Below are positions 59,806-64,000 of a stretch of DNA of 64,000 nt, in pieces. Source of the stretch: Chloroflexota bacterium (lineage in GTDB: Bacteria; Chloroflexota; UBA11872; VXOZ01); NCBI GenBank assembly GCA_963663275.1, contig OY760183.1, positions 1,632,001-1,696,000 on the forward strand. Direction: 5' to 3'. Position 1 is the stretch's first letter. Each line of letters opens with the position of its first letter. The position numbers and the translations under genes are program-made. Under the pieces are notes generated by a model. The model saw only the letters and a list, made by a program, of their open reading frames with translations. It ran no database searches and was not told where the DNA came from.

Positions 59806-62472
59806 TCAAAGCCTGAAATCTGAGCGCCTAGACTGGCGCAGAAGCCTCTTTAACTCTCGGGTTTCCTTTTGCAGCGCTTCAATTTGCGTTGACTGCGCAA
59901 TACTACGGTCTTCTATAGCTTCCGCAGGTAGGCCTAGTTTCTCCTTAGCCAAAGCTCGGTTGGCGTAGTATTGGGGTGGGACCTTTCCCGTACAGAGTCG
60001 GATGGCATTGTCAAAGTCCTCTAACGCTTTCTCGAATTCCTGCAAGTTGCTATTGCAGACACCGCGGCTGTAGAACCAAACAGCGGGGCGGTTGTGAAGA
60101 CTGTTTAGAAGAGAGTTGCTAAACCGGTCAAGAGCAATTGCCATGCTAAAGTCTTCTACGGCCAGCCTGTAATCGCCTAAGCTGCGAAAGGATGCACCTC
60201 GTCTGTAGTAAGCTTCATCGTCCTCCGGATCAATTGCAAGTGCTTTTGAAAGGTCAGAAATTGCTTCCTTATGTTTTCCCAAGTGCCGGTACGAGTCACC
60301 GCGACTAAAATAGTAGTAGGCTCTCTCAGGCTCCAATTCAATAGCCTTGTCGTAGTCTCCAATAGCCAACTGGTACTTCTGGTTCTTTTTGTACACCCAA
60401 CCTCGTTGTGCGTGATATCGAACCACACTTGGGTCTAGTTCAATTGCCTTACTGTAGTGGCCAACACTACTTTCAAATTTCTCATACCTGTCGAAAAGGT
60501 CACCACATGCTTCATACACTTTGGCAAAGTCGGGACGAATTTCTAGAGCCTTCTTGAAGTCGGTGAGGGCTCGCTCAGGAATGTCGACCTCAGGGCTACT
60601 GTAAAGTGTGCCCCGGCAGAGCAGGTAATCAGCATTACTTGGATCCAGTTCAATTGCAGAGTTGAAGTCTGAAAGCGCCTCATCGTATTGATTTAGCTTC
60701 CTGTAACAGTTACCTCGACGGATGTAGTAGCTGGCATTATCTGGCTCTAACTCAACTGCCCTGGTGTAATCCTTTTGGGCAGCATTGACATGATCTTCAT
60801 CACTAAAGGGGTCACCATTCTCAAAGTGAAGGTCTCCGCGGCCCGCGTATGCCCATGCACTATCCGGCTCGAGCTCAACTATCAAGTCATGAAGGTCTTT
60901 GGCTCGATTGAAACATTGCTCAGACAAGTAGAGCGCAGCGGCCAGCTTGCAGTCTTCAACGGCAGTCTTGACTTTACCTAGATCCTTGTAAGTCAGGCCA
61001 CGGGCCGTATAGTAATCGGCATACTTCGGCCGCAGCTCTATCGCTCTATCGAAGTCGGCAATGGCTTTACGGTGCTTTCCTTGTTCATTGTAGAAGTAGC
61101 CCCGTTGTGCATAGGTCACCGCACATGTAGGAAGTCGAGAAACAAGCCTGTCGTGAAGGCTCAAGGCTTCTCGAGGCTTAAGGTCGTCTACATAGTCACG
61201 AATTCTTCTCAGGTATCCCTCGGCGTTCTCTGGATCTAGTTCTACTGCTTTGCAGCAGTCCGCGAGAGCTTCGTCCAGTCTCTCTAACCTCAAATAGCAG
61301 TAGCCCCGCTGTGCATAGGTCACCGCACATGTAGGCAGTCGAGAAACAAGCCTGTCGTGAAAACTCAAGGCTTCTCGAGGCTTAAGGTCGTCTACATAGT
61401 CACGAATTCTTCTCAGGTATTTCTGGGCGTTCTCTGGATCTAGTTCTACTGCTTTGCAGCAGTCCGCGAGAGCTTCGTCCGTTCTCTCTAACCTCAAATA
61501 GAAGTCGCCTCGATCGGAGTAGTGTTGGGCATTTTCTGGTTGTAGTTCAATTGCCCTATCGTAAAGCACCAACGCTTTTTCGGGAGGGATGATGTCCATG
61601 GTCCACCAAAGGGAATGTGGGAATTTCCCTGGATGGAAATCGACAGCTTTCAGGCAGTCTGCCAACGCTCTTTCAGCATTATTGACCCGTAGGTGAGCGT
61701 ACCCGCGGTGATGGTAGCATTCGCTTTCTTCGGGCAGTAGTTCCACGGCCTTGTCAAAGTCCTGAAGGGCTCTTTCATAGCACTTTAATCTCGTAAGGAG
61801 AATGCCGCGTTGCAAATAGTACAACCCGTTGTCTGGCTGGAGCGCGATACAGGTGCTATAGCTTTCAACGGCTTTCTCATACTCCGACTTCCCATATTGG
61901 GTGCCACGTAAACCAAAGAGTACGTCGCCACGTTCAGAAAAGAAGCTCCCAAGTGCGACGTAGTGTGACACTTCGGTTGGTTCGAGGCTGATTGCCTTAC
62001 CGAAGTCTGCCAAGTCTGCGTCTGCGTCTGCGTCAAAGCGAATCTTCCGCGCATGGTAGTTTCCGCGTGCGATATATGCTGCGGCGTTACCGGGATCCAG
62101 TTCAATGGCTCTGTCGTAATTCGGTAAGGGTATGTAGAGCTTTCCTAAGTTCTCGAATAGGACTCCACGGGCGATATAGACATCAGGGCAATCTGGCTGA
62201 AGCTCAGCTACTCTTTGATAGTCCGCCAATGCTTCTTCTGTCTTGCCCAAGTCTCTAAAGCAGTTGCCACGGGCCAAATGAGCACAAGTGTGTCCTGGCT
62301 CGATTCGAATTGATTTCGAGAATTGCCGGATGGCTTCATCCAGTTGACCTTTTTTGAAGAGTTCGGCGCCAGCCTCGTAGTGAGACTTGGCATCTCCTGT
62401 ACAATCAGGCACCACACTTTCCCCCAATCTGCGAAAACAAAATGCACCACTACCGGTTAGATAGTAGTGCAC
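59806..62472 (-). CDS. Large TPR-repeat protein (low GC, probably horizontally acquired)
   Basis: Roughly 20 TPR units (Y..RG..Y..L.....A..D...A..L.P); start uncertain (GTG 62472 or ~62415). Confidence 0.9.
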   Translation of the reverse strand: MHYYLTGSGAFCFRRLGESVVPDCTGDAKSHYEAGAELFKKGQLDEAIRQFSKSIRIEPGHTCAHLARGNCFRDLGKTEEALADYQRVAELQPDCPDVYIARGVLFENLGKLYIPLPNYDRAIELDPGNAAAYIARGNYHARKIRFDADADADLADFGKAISLEPTEVSHYVALGSFFSERGDVLFGLRGTQYGKSEYEKAVESYSTCIALQPDNGLYYLQRGILLTRLKCYERALQDFDKAVELLPEESECYHHRGYAHLRVNNAERALADCLKAVDFHPGKFPHSLWWTMDIIPPEKALVLYDRAIELQPENAQHYSDRGDFYLRLERTDEALADCCKAVELDPENAQKYLRRIRDYVDDLKPREALSFHDRLVSRLPTCAVTYAQRGYCYLRLERLDEALADCCKAVELDPENAEGYLRRIRDYVDDLKPREALSLHDRLVSRLPTCAVTYAQRGYFYNEQGKHRKAIADFDRAIELRPKYADYYTARGLTYKDLGKVKTAVEDCKLAAALYLSEQCFNRAKDLHDLIVELEPDSAWAYAGRGDLHFENGDPFSDEDHVNAAQKDYTRAVELEPDNASYYIRRGNCYRKLNQYDEALSDFNSAIELDPSNADYLLCRGTLYSSPEVDIPERALTDFKKALEIRPDFAKVYEACGDLFDRYEKFESSVGHYSKAIELDPSVVRYHAQRGWVYKKNQKYQLAIGDYDKAIELEPERAYYYFSRGDSYRHLGKHKEAISDLSKALAIDPEDDEAYYRRGASFRSLGDYRLAVEDFSMAIALDRFSNSLLNSLHNRPAVWFYSRGVCNSNLQEFEKALEDFDNAIRLCTGKVPPQYYANRALAKEKLGLPAEAIEDRSIAQSTQIEALQKETRELKRLLRQSRRSDFRL
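61095..61501. repeat. 204-bp (68-aa) near-identical tandem duplication inside the TPR gene
   Basis: 61095-61298 versus 61299-61501, offset exactly 204 nt. Confidence 0.92.
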
Positions 62473-62475
62473 CTA

Positions 62476-62551
62476 TGGTACCCCGTGAGCGACTCGAACG
62501 CTCGACCCCTGGCTCCGCAAGCCAGTGCTCTATCCACTGAGCTAACGGGGC
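62476..62551 (-). tRNA. tRNA-Arg (anticodon GCG)
   Basis: GCCCCGT/ACGGGGT acceptor stem, D-arm GCTC-AGTGGATA-GAGC with A20, anticodon arm CTGGC-TTGCGGA-GCCAG, T-loop TTCGAGT, encoded CCA; 76 nt. Confidence 0.95.
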
Positions 62552-62776
62552 ATGTGTTGTGCTTTTCTTAGTATAGCATAGTGGTTTGTGCCGGCATTCT
62601 CTACGGCGCGAGTTGAATGGGCCGTTTTGCGGGAAGCCGGGGGCTTTTGGGGGCGAGCGTGTGGGAAGAATCGAAGAGGAGGCTGCGGGAACTTTGTTTC
62701 CACAGCCTCCTTCTATCAAGGTCTTTGCGCCACGCGACGCGGCGGTCGCGGAAGACACGCTGCGCCGCGGAATCTC

Positions 62777-62886
62777 CCCCTCACCCTAGCCCTCTCCCCA
62801 GGGAGAGGGAATAGGACGTGGCCGTATTTCCCTCCCCAGGGAGAGGGAACAAGACGCGGCTGCGATTCCAGTGCCAGGGAGAGGGA
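62777..62886. repeat. CCCTCTCCC/GGGAGAGGG hairpin with two degenerate downstream copies
   Basis: CCCCTCACCCTAGCCCTCTCCCCAGGGAGAGGGAA, then CCAGGGAGAGGGAAC twice. Confidence 0.82.
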
Positions 62887-62891
62887 ACAGA

Positions 62892-62937
62892 GCGCGGGGG
62901 CAATTTCCTCACGTCAGTGAGGAAATTGCCCCCGCGC
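62892..62937 (-). terminator. 21-bp perfect hairpin downstream of hflC
   Basis: GCGCGGGGGCAATTTCCTCAC-gtca-GTGAGGAAATTGCCCCCGCGC; no clear U-tract. Confidence 0.5.
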
Positions 62938-62995
62938 CTCTCGGCTAGCCCAGGCGAACGGGCGCCGGGTTACTTGTCCTGCGCGCTTGCCGGGT

Positions 62996-63913
62996 TTACT
63001 CGTCCTCCACGCTTGCCGGGATGGGCGCTGGCAGAGCCGTGCCCACGTCGCGTTGCGGCGACGGGTCGATCAGGTACTTGAAGAATTCGCTTTCCGGTGA
63101 GATGACCAGCATGTCGCCTTGTTGGAGCACCTTGACGTAGGCTTCCAGGCGGCGGCGGAAGGCGAAGAATTCGGGGTCCTGGTTCAGGGCGTTGGCGTAG
63201 ATGGCGATGGCTTCCGCGTCGCCTTGGCCGCGGGTTTGGGCCGCTTGCTCCTCGGCTTCCGCGACGATCACGATGCGTTCGCGATCGGCGGAGGCCATGA
63301 TTTCGGCGGCTTGCTCCTCGCCCTCGGCGCGGTAGCGGTTGGCTTCACGGGCGCGCTCGGCACGCATACGGTCGAAGACGCTCTCCTCGACCTCTTCCGG
63401 CAGGTCGGCGCGTTTGAAGCGCACGTCCACCACCTCGATGCCGAAGTCCAAGGCGCGCTCGCGGCTGGCAATGGTAACGGCTTCCATGATGTTCTCACGT
63501 TCACCGGCGATCATCACGTCGAAGTTATACGTCGCCAGCGTCCGGCGCAATTCTGAGAAGACCACGTCGTCCAGGCGCGCCCGGGCGCCGTTCTCATTTT
63601 GCACACTCACGAAGAACGTGAGCGGGTCGATGATCCGCCAGCGCGTTACGTGGTCTACTTGAACACGCTTCTTGTCAAGCGTGAGATACTCCTGGGGCTC
63701 GGCGTCGCTGGAGAGCAGACGCCGGTCGAAGAAGACCGCTTCCTGGATGAACGGCAGCTTGAAGTAGAGCCCGGGGTCTCTGGCCGTGTAGCGATACTCG
63801 CCAAGCTGCAAGACGATGGCCTGATTGGTCTCGGTGACGACGAACGTCACTTGCGACGCGACGATGAGAATCAGCGCCCCCAGGGCGATGATTGCGGTTA
63901 GGGTTCGTCCCAT
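62996..63913 (-). CDS. hflC: FtsH protease modulator HflC
   Basis: N-terminal TM, PGLYFKLPFIQ, TLDKK, FGIEVVDVRFKRADLP, RMRAER, RAEG, DPEFFAF.R.LEAY. Confidence 0.95.
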   Translation of the reverse strand: MGRTLTAIIALGALILIVASQVTFVVTETNQAIVLQLGEYRYTARDPGLYFKLPFIQEAVFFDRRLLSSDAEPQEYLTLDKKRVQVDHVTRWRIIDPLTFFVSVQNENGARARLDDVVFSELRRTLATYNFDVMIAGERENIMEAVTIASRERALDFGIEVVDVRFKRADLPEEVEESVFDRMRAERAREANRYRAEGEEQAAEIMASADRERIVIVAEAEEQAAQTRGQGDAEAIAIYANALNQDPEFFAFRRRLEAYVKVLQQGDMLVISPESEFFKYLIDPSPQRDVGTALPAPIPASVEDE

Positions 63914-63925
63914 GCGGCGCCTCCT

Positions 63926-64000
63926 TTACTGGCTAATTCCTGATGACTGGGTTCCGGTCTGCAAGTCCCGCAGCGGGAGGAAGGGCAGCACGCTGCCGTC
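63926..64000 (-). CDS. hflK: HflK C-terminal end (partial)
   Basis: Reads DGSVLPFLPLRDLQTGTQSSGISQ-stop; VLPFLPL tail and position directly upstream of hflC. Confidence 0.7.
   Translation of the reverse strand, partial: DGSVLPFLPLRDLQTGTQSSGISQ

Overview
GC-rich bacterial chromosomal segment. The gene repertoire suggests Chloroflexota, but this is inference (secG followed by a TM-anchored peptide-binding protein, C39-like+TPR protein, MoxR/DUF58/VWA operon, many carbohydrate-type hydrolases and oxidoreductases). It holds about 46 CDS, including a MoxR-DUF58-VWA-VWA operon, acs, Fe/Mn SOD, dGTPase, pepP-efp-accB-like-DrrAB, tatA, ctpA, an M16 peptidase, murJ, ppc and hflC/hflK, plus one tRNA-Arg(GCG) with a low-GC TPR gene at its 3' end and one intact IS30. 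Intergenic DNA is dense with at least six families of REP-like palindromes. Main observations: (1) one palindrome family sits in-frame inside two enzyme genes (dGTPase x4, metallophosphoesterase x1); (2) a three-level nested insertion (hairpin > MITE-like element > palindrome > IS30), where the transposase takes its stop codon from the target repeat; (3) an AccB/BCCP-like protein lacking the biotinylated lysine; (4) a translationally coupled pair of paralogous multi-pass membrane proteins with BON-like C-termini; (5) a PEP carboxylase with substitutions at aspartate-inhibition residues. No CRISPR array or rRNA was seen. All family calls come from motif recognition by eye, not database searches.
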